Translations under genes and position numbers: made by a program
Source of the DNA: a virus
Virus record (IMG/VR): IMGVR_UViG_3300032268_001411
Span: 11,594 to 75,593 of that record
Direction: 5' to 3' (one strand)
DNA: 64,000 nt
The notes under the pieces: model-generated
The model's input: only the letters and a program-made list of their open reading frames with translations
Told to the model about the DNA's origin: nothing
Databases searched by the model: none
Shown here: piece by piece, positions 50,322 to 60,063 of the stretch
Numbering within the stretch: position 1 is the first letter of the stretch
How the letters are laid out: each line of letters starts with the position of its first letter

Positions 50322-51310
50322 ATGTATTCGTAACCCCTTATTTTTTGTGGGAATACTTTCCTTTTTTTCTTAATATTAGGATTGTCACTATAATATTCTT
50401 CCCATAACACTTCATATACTTCTTGAAATCTACTTCTGAATATTTTATTACCCCCAGCAAAATAATTCCATTCCATACTTTTTCGGAAATTTTCAAAGCC
50501 TGGCGCTAAAGTTCTATAGATTTCATATATAGGATTATCCTTGAAATTGAATTCAGCAACTCCGGTTCTTGTTTTTGTTCCAACACGAATACGACTGAAA
50601 TTTTGACCTACCAATGTAATCAGATTATTATTACAATATAAACCAACTCCGATTTCTTTAGGACAATAATCGATTGATGTCAATTGATTAAATGAACAAT
50701 CAAAAGTACCAGCAACTACATCCGGGCAACCTTTGAGCGATGCTAATTTGTTGTGTTTACAACTAAAATCCCCACCTATTACTTTAGGACATCCTTCAAG
50801 TGATGTTATTTTGTTATAGGAAAAAAGTAATGATTTACCAATTTCTGGTAAATGTTCCAGTGATGTCAATTGATTGTAGGAACATACAAAATTACCATCA
50901 ATCTTTTTTGGTGCACCTTTTAATGATGTTAGGTTACTGTGTGCACAAACAAAATCACCAGTAACTTCATCTGGACAATTTTCCAATGTTGAAAGTGGGT
51001 TGCTATAGAACAAAAAATCACCATTAACTTTACCAAGTTTTATAGGTAATTTTTCCATTGGTTTTACTATGATAACATCACCATCAACATCGATAAATCC
51101 ATTTTCATTAATTGTGTAATTTTTAATCTCCAATTGTTCACAAACGAATCCTTTAACTTTATTTTCAATTTCTGGATGTCCAGACGCTATTAATAAAGCT
51201 AAATCTATATCGTCCATATTTCCAGTTGAAATTAACTTCTTTAGATTTTCAATCTCTTCAGGATTTAAATTTTCCTTAATATAATTTTTATATTTTTTCA
51301 AATATTTCAT
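50318..51310 (-). CDS. Divergent 22-aa LRR-like repeat protein
   Basis: NxLTSLxGCPxxIxGxFxC repeats. Confidence 0.8.
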   Translation of the reverse strand: MKYLKKYKNYIKENLNPEEIENLKKLISTGNMDDIDLALLIASGHPEIENKVKGFVCEQLEIKNYTINENGFIDVDGDVIIVKPMEKLPIKLGKVNGDFLFYSNPLSTLENCPDEVTGDFVCAHSNLTSLKGAPKKIDGNFVCSYNQLTSLEHLPEIGKSLLFSYNKITSLEGCPKVIGGDFSCKHNKLASLKGCPDVVAGTFDCSFNQLTSIDYCPKEIGVGLYCNNNLITLVGQNFSRIRVGTKTRTGVAEFNFKDNPIYEIYRTLAPGFENFRKSMEWNYFAGGNKIFRSRFQEVYEVLWEEYYSDNPNIKKKRKVFPQKIRGYEYI

Positions 51311-51313
51311 ATT

Positions 51314-52066
51314 TTATTTATACCTCCTATCATAAGCTAATCTTCTAGCTTTAATTATTCTTTCTATATATCCATTCCTTCTTAACAATTTGAAAACCAA
51401 ATTCTCAACCGAGAATTCACCATCTTTTTGAAGTCCAGCCTTTCTCGAATCTTTAATCTTCTTCCAAAGTTTTTTTATCTTCTCAGCCACATCTTCTAAA
51501 TCACCACTGGACTCAATATCCTCTTCAATATCTTTAACTCCTGACATAAATTTTTCTGCCTTACTACGAATTAATTCTTCATCCGGCACAAAATCTGCCC
51601 TAGTTGGTTTTACTACCCATTCATCATTCATTAGAGAATAAACACCAGTAGATATTCTATCGTGACCTAAATCTTCACAAAATAGTTCAACTTCAAAACC
51701 TAAGATTCTAATATCGTGTTGAAGTTTCCATACCTTCTCTTTAGCATCTAAATACTTTTGTACTAATTCCCTATTATCATCTACTTTAGAAAAATCAAAG
51801 ATTAAATGAACATCGAAATCAGAATAATCACTCCAATTATAATTGGCTAGGGAACCCGTAAAAACAACATCCCTTAATTCTACATCACCCAATTCTAAAT
51901 AATCAAAATAATCGTTTGCTAATTGAAGTAAATTTTCTTTGATACTCTCATCTAATTCAAAATTATCCCAAATTTTAGGATTTAATTCATCTTTTAAGTG
52001 AAATGATTTGATTGGTGCAAATTGTGCCTGGGCAAAATTCTGAAATTCTAAAATCTTTCTGAACAT
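51314..52066 (-). CDS. Pol-beta superfamily nucleotidyltransferase
   Basis: TGSLANYNWSDYSDFDVH; VELF. Confidence 0.8.
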   Translation of the reverse strand: MFRKILEFQNFAQAQFAPIKSFHLKDELNPKIWDNFELDESIKENLLQLANDYFDYLELGDVELRDVVFTGSLANYNWSDYSDFDVHLIFDFSKVDDNRELVQKYLDAKEKVWKLQHDIRILGFEVELFCEDLGHDRISTGVYSLMNDEWVVKPTRADFVPDEELIRSKAEKFMSGVKDIEEDIESSGDLEDVAEKIKKLWKKIKDSRKAGLQKDGEFSVENLVFKLLRRNGYIERIIKARRLAYDRRYK

Positions 52067-52127
52067 GATATTTTAGTAATCTTATTTTAATATATATATA
52101 TATTAAACTAAGACATACAATTTTTAT

Positions 52128-54167
52128 ATGATTAAATCTTATTACCAATTTATAATAGAATCCGTGCTATTTACCTCAAATCAATTCAAAGATATCTTGA
52201 AGTCTATTGATGATGTAATCGCAAAAGACTTTCTCGAACTAATCGACCAGGATATAAAAACTACTTTTAATGCACTTAATGTCACTGATAAGAATGACAC
52301 TATATCTTTTATTCCTGATAACCAATTTCAAAATAAAATCAAATCATCTAATTTAGAAAATTTATTAAAAGATGATAAAAATAAAACATCTGTAGGTCGC
52401 CTTATACAAAAGATTCTTAAAGATAATGGTAAAGACTATAATTCAAACCAAGTCACCGCTTTCACCGATAAGTTCAAGGCTGCCTGGACTAAATATAATA
52501 CAAAAGAAGAAAAAGAACCAATCAGAGTAGTAGAAGCAAAAGATATTAGAAATTGGTACTTAGAAGATACCTATAATACAAAAACTAACAGTGGTGTAGG
52601 AACTCTTGGAAAATCTTGTATGAGATATGGTCAATGTCAAGAATATCTTGATATTTATGTAGAGAATCCCGATGTTTGTAAAATGATAATAATGACTGAG
52701 TGGGAAGTAGGTGTTGAGGTTCTTAAATCAAGAGCATTACTTTGGAAAACTGAAGAAGAAGGCTGGTACCTTGATAGAATTTATTATACCGATGCTTCAG
52801 AAAGAATATTGATTCATGATTTTGCTAAGAAAAATTTTAATATCAAATATTCTTATGATTTTTCTTCCTCTCCAAGATTATCAGTTAAATTGGTACCTAA
52901 TAAGGAATATGATTACTATCCATACATGGATTCTTTTCCATATTATTATTCCTTAGATGGGATTCTTTATAATTGGGAAGCAAAAGTCGCTGAAAAGAAA
53001 TATCTATATAACATTCAAAATACAGATGGTTCAGCAGAACCACAAAATCTAGTTTGGTGTCGACTTGATGATAACTATTATTCTGAAGATGAAGTAATTT
53101 ATTCCGCATATCATGACTGCGATATACCTATTGATAATTCAGTTTATTCTTACTACCTTAAATCAGAAATTTATGAACCAAATTCTGTTTATTCTAAAAC
53201 TTTAGGTGACTATATTCCAGAAAATGATGCAGAAGAAGTAAACATTGATTTGGATGGCACAATTGATTATTTTCCACATGGGAATAAATATATAGTAGAT
53301 GAATATGAAACCGGTGATTGGTATCTTAAAAAACTACTAGTGCAAATTGGTAGAGATTATTACTTAGAACAAAATGTTAGAAAAATTTATCAAGTATCTC
53401 AAAAATCAAAAGCGGACTATCTTAGAATCTTTAATTTAGATAGTGATACCTCTTTAGATGCCTGTGTTTGTTCACCAGCTGTTAAAGAATTTTGGAATTT
53501 AGAAGTTGAAGAAGAAGGCGTAATTTTTCCATACTATAGATATTTACAAGATATTTACAAACTTGTAATTGTAGATGTGTTGAAAAAAAGTATACAATCG
53601 AAAAAGTCCGAATCAGATGAAGAAATCTATCAAGAAGTCCTATTCGAATTAGATGATGCAACTTACAAATTAAAAAGAAGTGGTTCAACTTTCGATCACT
53701 TAAATTGGGCCCATAGCATTGGCGGTGAAAGTGGATTTTATAATCTATTTATAAAAACTATTACAGAAAGGGGAGGAACAATAGAAGCTTCACTTGATGC
53801 TGCAGTTTTTGATAGACCTGGACTTGTGATTCCGAACTTAGCTCAATTATTACCAGTAGTAGAAGAAATAATTACTAAACACCTTCCTGAATTTTGTAGA
53901 GCAACACAAAATATGAGGACCGACAATCCGATTTTTGATAGTTCTAAAATGCCAAATGTAGTAAAACTTATTGAAACTAAATTACCACAAGCTAAACTGG
54001 AAGCTGTCTTTATAATAACAAAATCAACTATTTTCAAATCAATAAGACTAGCATATGTGGCTAATTTATTTGGAAGACCTGGGTATTTTGCATCTGATGA
54101 AGCTGAAAGCTTTATGTATTTTATGGCTAATCCCAACAAATTCGATAAATTAAAATATAACCCTTAA
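52128..54167 (+). CDS. Second SCMRY/RALLW/DRIY family protein with CTS-like leader
   Basis: MIKSYYQFIIES; KSCMRY, SRALLW, YLDRIY, YPYMDS. Confidence 0.75.
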   Translation: MIKSYYQFIIESVLFTSNQFKDILKSIDDVIAKDFLELIDQDIKTTFNALNVTDKNDTISFIPDNQFQNKIKSSNLENLLKDDKNKTSVGRLIQKILKDNGKDYNSNQVTAFTDKFKAAWTKYNTKEEKEPIRVVEAKDIRNWYLEDTYNTKTNSGVGTLGKSCMRYGQCQEYLDIYVENPDVCKMIIMTEWEVGVEVLKSRALLWKTEEEGWYLDRIYYTDASERILIHDFAKKNFNIKYSYDFSSSPRLSVKLVPNKEYDYYPYMDSFPYYYSLDGILYNWEAKVAEKKYLYNIQNTDGSAEPQNLVWCRLDDNYYSEDEVIYSAYHDCDIPIDNSVYSYYLKSEIYEPNSVYSKTLGDYIPENDAEEVNIDLDGTIDYFPHGNKYIVDEYETGDWYLKKLLVQIGRDYYLEQNVRKIYQVSQKSKADYLRIFNLDSDTSLDACVCSPAVKEFWNLEVEEEGVIFPYYRYLQDIYKLVIVDVLKKSIQSKKSESDEEIYQEVLFELDDATYKLKRSGSTFDHLNWAHSIGGESGFYNLFIKTITERGGTIEASLDAAVFDRPGLVIPNLAQLLPVVEEIITKHLPEFCRATQNMRTDNPIFDSSKMPNVVKLIETKLPQAKLEAVFIITKSTIFKSIRLAYVANLFGRPGYFASDEAESFMYFMANPNKFDKLKYNP

Positions 54168-54178
54168 AAAATTATACT

Positions 54179-54703
54179 ATGTTAGATACAAATAATGTTT
54201 TTCCAGATAGAAAAGATTTAGTCAAAAGAAGAAGCTATCGAGACAATATCATCGAATCAGCTAAATCAATAGATGTTGAGAAAATTGATTACACCAATAT
54301 TGACTTTAATCCACAAAATCAAATAATCGAACAACAAAAAGTCTACTTCTGGATTAGAATTTATCTAAAAGATGAGATGGATATAGAACCAAATACCGAT
54401 ATCACTCTGACTTATACACCAGAAAATGAATCTTTACAAACAAAATTCATTTGTTATGCTAAAAAAGGTCATGAAAAAGACAAACAACAAGATGTTGTTA
54501 ACTACAATCCAGAAGACGATAAAAGAATCCTTTGTCTTATGGTAGATGCCGATAGAATTGATAAACATTCAGATGATATTCCTTTTATAAGAACACTATT
54601 TAAAATAAGTAGGTGGTACCAACCACAAATTCTAAGACTCTCTGAAATCAAAATCACAGATTCAAATGAAAGAGACTTTGAATTTTATGATATAGACTTC
54701 TAA
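54179..54703 (+). CDS. Hypothetical protein
   Basis: 174-aa ORF. Confidence 0.7.
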   Translation: MLDTNNVFPDRKDLVKRRSYRDNIIESAKSIDVEKIDYTNIDFNPQNQIIEQQKVYFWIRIYLKDEMDIEPNTDITLTYTPENESLQTKFICYAKKGHEKDKQQDVVNYNPEDDKRILCLMVDADRIDKHSDDIPFIRTLFKISRWYQPQILRLSEIKITDSNERDFEFYDIDF

Positions 54704-54738
54704 ATTTTAATCCTCCTCACAAAGGGGGATTTTTATTT

Positions 54739-54766
54739 AAACCTTACATAAATTTCTTATTATAAT
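54739..54766 (+). promoter_or_regulatory. Putative pre-replicative promoter AAAC-N17/18-TATAA (example)
   Basis: Same spacing before the helicase (61988), GT (34505), endonuclease (28498), HAD (15509 -), gp55 (17776 -) and clamp loader (GAAC, 12078 -). Confidence 0.5.
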
Positions 54767-54785
54767 TCTAAATGTTAAATAATTC

Positions 54786-56453
54786 ATGTTAGTCGATACA
54801 CAATATCTCAATAATACCAAAAAGTTAGTCGTCAGCTATGTAGATAAATCTGGCGAAATCAAACTAAAATATTTTCCTTGGGAAAATCCACAGAAATATG
54901 CAGTTTGTGATGATGAGGATAAAGATAAACATCCTACCTATAAGTCTTGGGATGGAAAATCAGTTAAATTTGAACCCGTTACAACACCAGATAGATATAC
55001 AATCTATGAATTTTTAGATGCACTACCAGAAAAAGAAAAAGAGGAAATTTTTGAATACAATCTTCCTAAAATTTTCTTCATAGACATTGAAACCCAAATA
55101 ATCGACGGGTTTCCGACCGCAGAAAACGCTGATACTCAAGTACTTTCGATTTCAATAGTCTACGAAGACAAAATTATTCTTTTAGGTCTTCGAGAATTAA
55201 CAGAAGATGCACAAAGTAGAATCATTACCAATGCTAATACCTATTTCAAAAAATTCGGTACAGAATATAAATTAAAATACATTAAATACGAAGATGAATT
55301 CGATATGATGTATAACTTCTTTTATAAGATGATACCGAAAATGCCAATCTTAACAGGTTGGAACTTCATTAACTATGACTGGGTATATCTTGTAAATAGA
55401 GCCAGAAAATTGAAAAAGTATATTAACGGCAAAGAATATATTATAGACCCTGCAGTTTCTTCTCTAACAAAAAGACTTAATAAAGTTTGGATGTCAACTG
55501 AAGAAATGCCTGCACATAGAATGATATTTGACTATATGCAACTCTATGAAATCTGTGATACTTCTATTAAAGTAAAAGAATCATCATCACTTGATTTTGT
55601 TGCTAGTAAATTAGTTGGTGTTGAGAAAATTAAATACGTAAACTCTATTTATAAATTGTTACAAGATTCTACTATCGCTGGTTATAATTTTAGCGAAGGA
55701 GATATTTGTAGAACTGATAAAGATATGCTTTATATGTATAGTGGTACAAGGAGAGTAGACTTTACAAAAGAAGAGTTTTCAAAATATAAAAATCTATTTA
55801 GAGAGATAAATGTTTCTAATCTTCAAAAGTTATATGAAGAAGATTTTGAAATTTATATGTATTATAACGCAGTTGACTCTGTGCTTGTAAAGAAAATTCA
55901 CGAAGCCAGAAACTATATCTCAATCATTTATGCGATATCTTCGCTAGCACAAATTAAAATTGTAGATGTAATTTCACAGATGAATAATGCGCTTGGTTCC
56001 CTAGCAATTACAGAAGGTGTTCTTAGAAACAGATTTAGAAGCCAAGAGAATATAGTTCTTTTTAGAAGTGGTAAAGAAGGTGGTGAAAATGAGGGAATTG
56101 CCGGTGGTTGGGTAAAGGATCCAGTACCAGGAATGAATAGGTGGTGTGTGACGTATGATTTTTCGAGCATGTATCCAACTTCGCAAAAACAGTGGTTCAT
56201 TGCTCCAGAGAATTTTATTGGTGTACAGGATAAAAATAGACCTGAATTCTGTGATAACGGTGTTAAAATAGATAAATCTAATCATGTTGTTTGTATAAAT
56301 GGTGTAGTTTTTAGGAAAAAAAATTCTCCAACAATTCAAATGCTAACTGATGTATTCAATGATAGAAAAAGAAATAAAAAGATAATGTTACAAAAGAAAG
56401 AAGAGTTGAAAAAAGTTATGGATGAAATTAAGAAATTAGAAAGTGAATTATGA
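54786..56453 (+). CDS. Family B DNA polymerase, N-terminal half (exonuclease plus motif A; gp43A-like)
   Basis: FIDIET, GWNFINYD, SLDFVA, YNAVD, AGGWV, YDFSSMYP; ends before motifs B and C. Confidence 0.88.
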   Translation: MLVDTQYLNNTKKLVVSYVDKSGEIKLKYFPWENPQKYAVCDDEDKDKHPTYKSWDGKSVKFEPVTTPDRYTIYEFLDALPEKEKEEIFEYNLPKIFFIDIETQIIDGFPTAENADTQVLSISIVYEDKIILLGLRELTEDAQSRIITNANTYFKKFGTEYKLKYIKYEDEFDMMYNFFYKMIPKMPILTGWNFINYDWVYLVNRARKLKKYINGKEYIIDPAVSSLTKRLNKVWMSTEEMPAHRMIFDYMQLYEICDTSIKVKESSSLDFVASKLVGVEKIKYVNSIYKLLQDSTIAGYNFSEGDICRTDKDMLYMYSGTRRVDFTKEEFSKYKNLFREINVSNLQKLYEEDFEIYMYYNAVDSVLVKKIHEARNYISIIYAISSLAQIKIVDVISQMNNALGSLAITEGVLRNRFRSQENIVLFRSGKEGGENEGIAGGWVKDPVPGMNRWCVTYDFSSMYPTSQKQWFIAPENFIGVQDKNRPEFCDNGVKIDKSNHVVCINGVVFRKKNSPTIQMLTDVFNDRKRNKKIMLQKKEELKKVMDEIKKLESEL

Positions 56454-56496
56454 TATAGGGACTCAAAGTAATTTAATATATAAATAAAAAATTAAA

Positions 56497-57504
56497 ATGA
56501 ATAATTGTTATTATGTATATTCAATTTTAGATCCAGGAAATGCTGGTGAGTTTATTTATGATAATCTGAAATTTGATTTTGAACCGTTTTATATTGGTAG
56601 AGGCAAAAAAGATAGACTTTTTTTCACAAAACTTCTTGAAAGAAGTTCCGGATATAAGAAAAACAAACTAATTAATCTAAAAAAATATGGATTAGAACCA
56701 ATAGTACAAGTTTTATTTGAGAATTTAACATTTGAAGAATCGGTAGATAAAGAAATCGAATTAATTAAAAAAATAGGAAGAAAAAATCTAAACTTGGGTC
56801 CACTTACAAATCTTACAGATGGTGGTGAGGGTAGATTGAATGGTAAAAACTCACCAGAATCAAATGAAAAAATGAAAAATTCTCTTTTAGAATATCACAA
56901 AAAACTGGAAGAAAGAGGCATCAAAATCATAAGAACCGAAGAAACAAAAATAAAACTCAGAGAAATAAATAGGGGCGAAAAAAATCCCTTTTTTGGAAAA
57001 AAACACACAGATAAAGTTAAACAAGAACAATCTGATAGAGTTTCTGGATTAAAACATCCTAGATACGGTAAAAAACATTCTGAAGAATCTTTAAGAAAAA
57101 TTAAAGAATCACGAAATGCCGCTGTTGATCAAGAAAAGATGAATGAAGTGTCTCGTTTAAGAAATAACAAGGCTATTTTACAATTTACATTAGACGGTGA
57201 GTTAATACAGGAGTTTGAATCTATAAAAGTGGCATCTCAAGTTACAGGTTTATCTGAATCCTTGATTGGAAAGACTTGTAGAGGCGTAGTAAAGAATCCA
57301 AGAAAATTCATCTTCAAGTTTAAAGATGAAGAATCTAAAGTTTTAAGTAATTCTTATCTGATTAAAGAAGGTGACACTTTTGGTGAATGGAAATTAATTA
57401 AAAGAAATAAAGTTACGGTAGTAGTTGAAACTGAATTAGGTGAATTAATCACACTCAAAAAGAAGGAGTATCCACAATTTTGGGATAAAAAAATGATTGA
57501 ATAA
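56497..57504 (+). CDS. GIY-YIG homing endonuclease with NUMOD3/NUMOD1 motifs
   Basis: YYVY..FYIGRG..R, NLTDGGEG, NPFFGKKHT, EFESIKVAS. Confidence 0.85.
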   Translation: MNNCYYVYSILDPGNAGEFIYDNLKFDFEPFYIGRGKKDRLFFTKLLERSSGYKKNKLINLKKYGLEPIVQVLFENLTFEESVDKEIELIKKIGRKNLNLGPLTNLTDGGEGRLNGKNSPESNEKMKNSLLEYHKKLEERGIKIIRTEETKIKLREINRGEKNPFFGKKHTDKVKQEQSDRVSGLKHPRYGKKHSEESLRKIKESRNAAVDQEKMNEVSRLRNNKAILQFTLDGELIQEFESIKVASQVTGLSESLIGKTCRGVVKNPRKFIFKFKDEESKVLSNSYLIKEGDTFGEWKLIKRNKVTVVVETELGELITLKKKEYPQFWDKKMIE

Positions 57505-57658
57505 AAAAAGAGGTCTAAATAGATCCTCTTTTGTTACTTGATTAGATTTTTATTTACAATAGATTTGAATTTTTTGAATTTGTCATCATAATCGTCTTCA
57601 TTATTTGTTTGTTCAATATAATTGAAGTAAGATAGTTTGATTTAGTCAAACTCTTTTT

Positions 57659-58156
57659 TTACGGAAATTGTTCAAGTTCGAATTTTCTAATATTCAGTTC
57701 ATTTTTTACAAATTCCTCTATACCCACTAAGTCATCACAGATAAAATAGAATGGATTTCTGTATATACTTTCTTTGCCATCAGGAATGATAGAATATAAA
57801 ATTAAATAGAAATTTTCTGTGATTTCCGTAACATATAAGTAGTTATTTTGCAATCCATAAAAATCATGTGATTTGTATAAATCGACTTCATAGAAATAAA
57901 AATCCGGATATACATCGAAATTTCTTATAGAGTCTTCATATAAATATTGTTGTATATAATCGACACTATCACCTAATTTTGGATTCGTTATTTCTTTTTT
58001 TGTATTATTTGCCAAAATTTGATATATCTCCTCAAGTTTCTCTTGTGTAGGTTTGATTATTTCTCTTCTGCATAATTCTCTAAATTCAAGATAGATTATC
58101 TCTTTATATAAATCAAAGTCGAAATTGAATGCTTCGAATGTTTTAATCCATTTCAT
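57659..58156 (-). CDS. Hypothetical protein with CTS-like leader
   Basis: MKWIKTFEAF. Confidence 0.7.
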   Translation of the reverse strand: MKWIKTFEAFNFDFDLYKEIIYLEFRELCRREIIKPTQEKLEEIYQILANNTKKEITNPKLGDSVDYIQQYLYEDSIRNFDVYPDFYFYEVDLYKSHDFYGLQNNYLYVTEITENFYLILYSIIPDGKESIYRNPFYFICDDLVGIEEFVKNELNIRKFELEQFP

Positions 58157-58160
58157 ATTT

Positions 58161-58820
58161 TTAACTTACTTTTATTCCTTCAAATTCTACATCGGGTAAT
58201 TGACTTTTTACTATTTTAACTACTTTATTTACCCATTTACTTCTATCATCGTAGAACTTTGCCTTTTTGAATCCACTTTCTTTCAAAATCTTTACAATTG
58301 TTTCACCTTTCCACTCAGGAATTTTTTCAATTTTTTGATGGGGATAACAATATAATCCAAAGTTTGGAGATTCTAATCCAAACTTTTTTAATGCATCTTC
58401 TACTATCCACTTATTCTTTTCGAATCTACCGGTTACAATTGCCCTATTTTCTACTGAATTATAGAAATTAGCCAATTCTTTTTTAGCTGTTGGTGACGAC
58501 AAATCTGAATCATAAAATCTATTTGGTGCAACAAGGTAAACTCTATCACCTTTTCTAACCCAATTACCCCTTACTTCAATTTCTGATAGAGGGTCATCTA
58601 CATATATTCTACCGTTTTCAATTTTCAAGTCTGATTTTGATTTGTCTATCCAAGAAAGTGATTTATCTATCAATTCTTCTATTGTAATTGATTCAGTTAA
58701 GTATTTTATTGCAATATCCTCAAATCCTGGCGTTTCAACAAGCGTGTCGTCTAGATCGAAAATATATAATGTTTCATCATCTATTTTGTTGAATTCCTCA
58801 AATAATTTTATCCATTTCAT
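58161..58820 (-). CDS. HAD-family phosphatase with CTS-like leader
   Basis: MKWIKLFEEF; FDLDDTL, VTGR, K, FYDD. Confidence 0.8.
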   Translation of the reverse strand: MKWIKLFEEFNKIDDETLYIFDLDDTLVETPGFEDIAIKYLTESITIEELIDKSLSWIDKSKSDLKIENGRIYVDDPLSEIEVRGNWVRKGDRVYLVAPNRFYDSDLSSPTAKKELANFYNSVENRAIVTGRFEKNKWIVEDALKKFGLESPNFGLYCYPHQKIEKIPEWKGETIVKILKESGFKKAKFYDDRSKWVNKVVKIVKSQLPDVEFEGIKVS

Positions 58821-58902
58821 AGAGTATATATAAAATTTTACTTGGTATTTTTTGAAGGGTAGACTAATAATGTTAATATATACTCTAAAACATATACGAT
58901 AG

Positions 58903-59898
58903 ATGAATAAAAATTTTAGTAGAGATGAAAAAATTATTGAAATGTACAACGAAGGTAAAACCTATAGAGAGATTTCTCAATACTTCGGCTTTGAATTTAA
59001 TACACCAATGATATTGACTGCATTGAAAAGAAACAATATTAAGACTGGACAAGGTCGATACCCTAGTAGAAGTAAAGGTGTTAAAAATGTCGATTTAACA
59101 TTTTTCGAAAAGATAGACACTAAGGAAAAAGCTTACGCTTTAGGATTAATTTATTCCGATGGTAGCATAGATAAAGATGGATATGGATTTTCGTTTGTCT
59201 CTAAAGATATTGAACAGATTTCTTTATTCAAGAATCTGTTGAAATCAGAGCATAAAATATGTGAAATAAAATCATTCGATAAAAGGACTAGTAAAATCTA
59301 CACAAGATTTACAATACATATTTGCTCAAAAAAAATTACAAAAAATCTTCTGTGCATCGGATTGAGAAACAATAAATCTTTCGAATGTAATTTTCCAGAA
59401 ATCGATAAAAAATACATCTGGCATTTTATAAGAGGTCTTTTTGATGGTGATGGTTGTATATACACTGATGGTAAGGAGGGAAAGTTGTCTTTTACACAAA
59501 TACTTTCAGGTAGTCTATATACTGAGATAAAAAAGTTTTTTATAGAGTCAGGTTTGAAGAATAATAAAGACCAAATAAAAAATTCTAAGGACGGAAAAAA
59601 TGTGTACTCTATAAAACATTCATCGTATAAAGATTTGAAATTTTTGTATGATAATTTATATGAAGATTCGAAGGATTTGAGATTAGAAAGAAAATATGAA
59701 GTTTTTTCGACTCTCAAAGAGTTCAAATTAGGTGATTATAAAAGAAAAAAAAGGAGAATCAAATGCTTCGACAAAAATAATAATTTTGTACACGAGTATG
59801 ATTCTATAGATGATTTGGTCGGATTTACAAAAAGTAAAATATACAAATCAATATCTAAATCATCTTATCACAAAGGTTTCAGATTTGAATATGCGTAA
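58903..59898 (+). CDS. Double-motif LAGLIDADG homing endonuclease
   Basis: AYALGLIYSDGSI; FIRGLFDGDGCI. Confidence 0.88.
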   Translation: MNKNFSRDEKIIEMYNEGKTYREISQYFGFEFNTPMILTALKRNNIKTGQGRYPSRSKGVKNVDLTFFEKIDTKEKAYALGLIYSDGSIDKDGYGFSFVSKDIEQISLFKNLLKSEHKICEIKSFDKRTSKIYTRFTIHICSKKITKNLLCIGLRNNKSFECNFPEIDKKYIWHFIRGLFDGDGCIYTDGKEGKLSFTQILSGSLYTEIKKFFIESGLKNNKDQIKNSKDGKNVYSIKHSSYKDLKFLYDNLYEDSKDLRLERKYEVFSTLKEFKLGDYKRKKRRIKCFDKNNNFVHEYDSIDDLVGFTKSKIYKSISKSSYHKGFRFEYA

Positions 59899-60011
59899 TT
59901 TCTATTGAGTATATTTTTATATAAACTAACCATAATCTTGTCAAAAAAGTAGAGTGTATCTGAATTTGATTCGGTTGGAATAAAATCTTCGAATAGTTTT
60001 AAGTATTTCAT
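59868..60011 (-). pseudogene. Short leader-bearing ORF, possibly truncated by the endonuclease gene
   Basis: Late promoter at 60017; MKYLKLFEDF...; 47 aa, overlapping the 3' end of the LAGLIDADG gene. Confidence 0.45.
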
Positions 60012-60063
60012 AAAAATATATATTAAAAAAATAATATATATAATCAATAAAAAAAAATAATTT

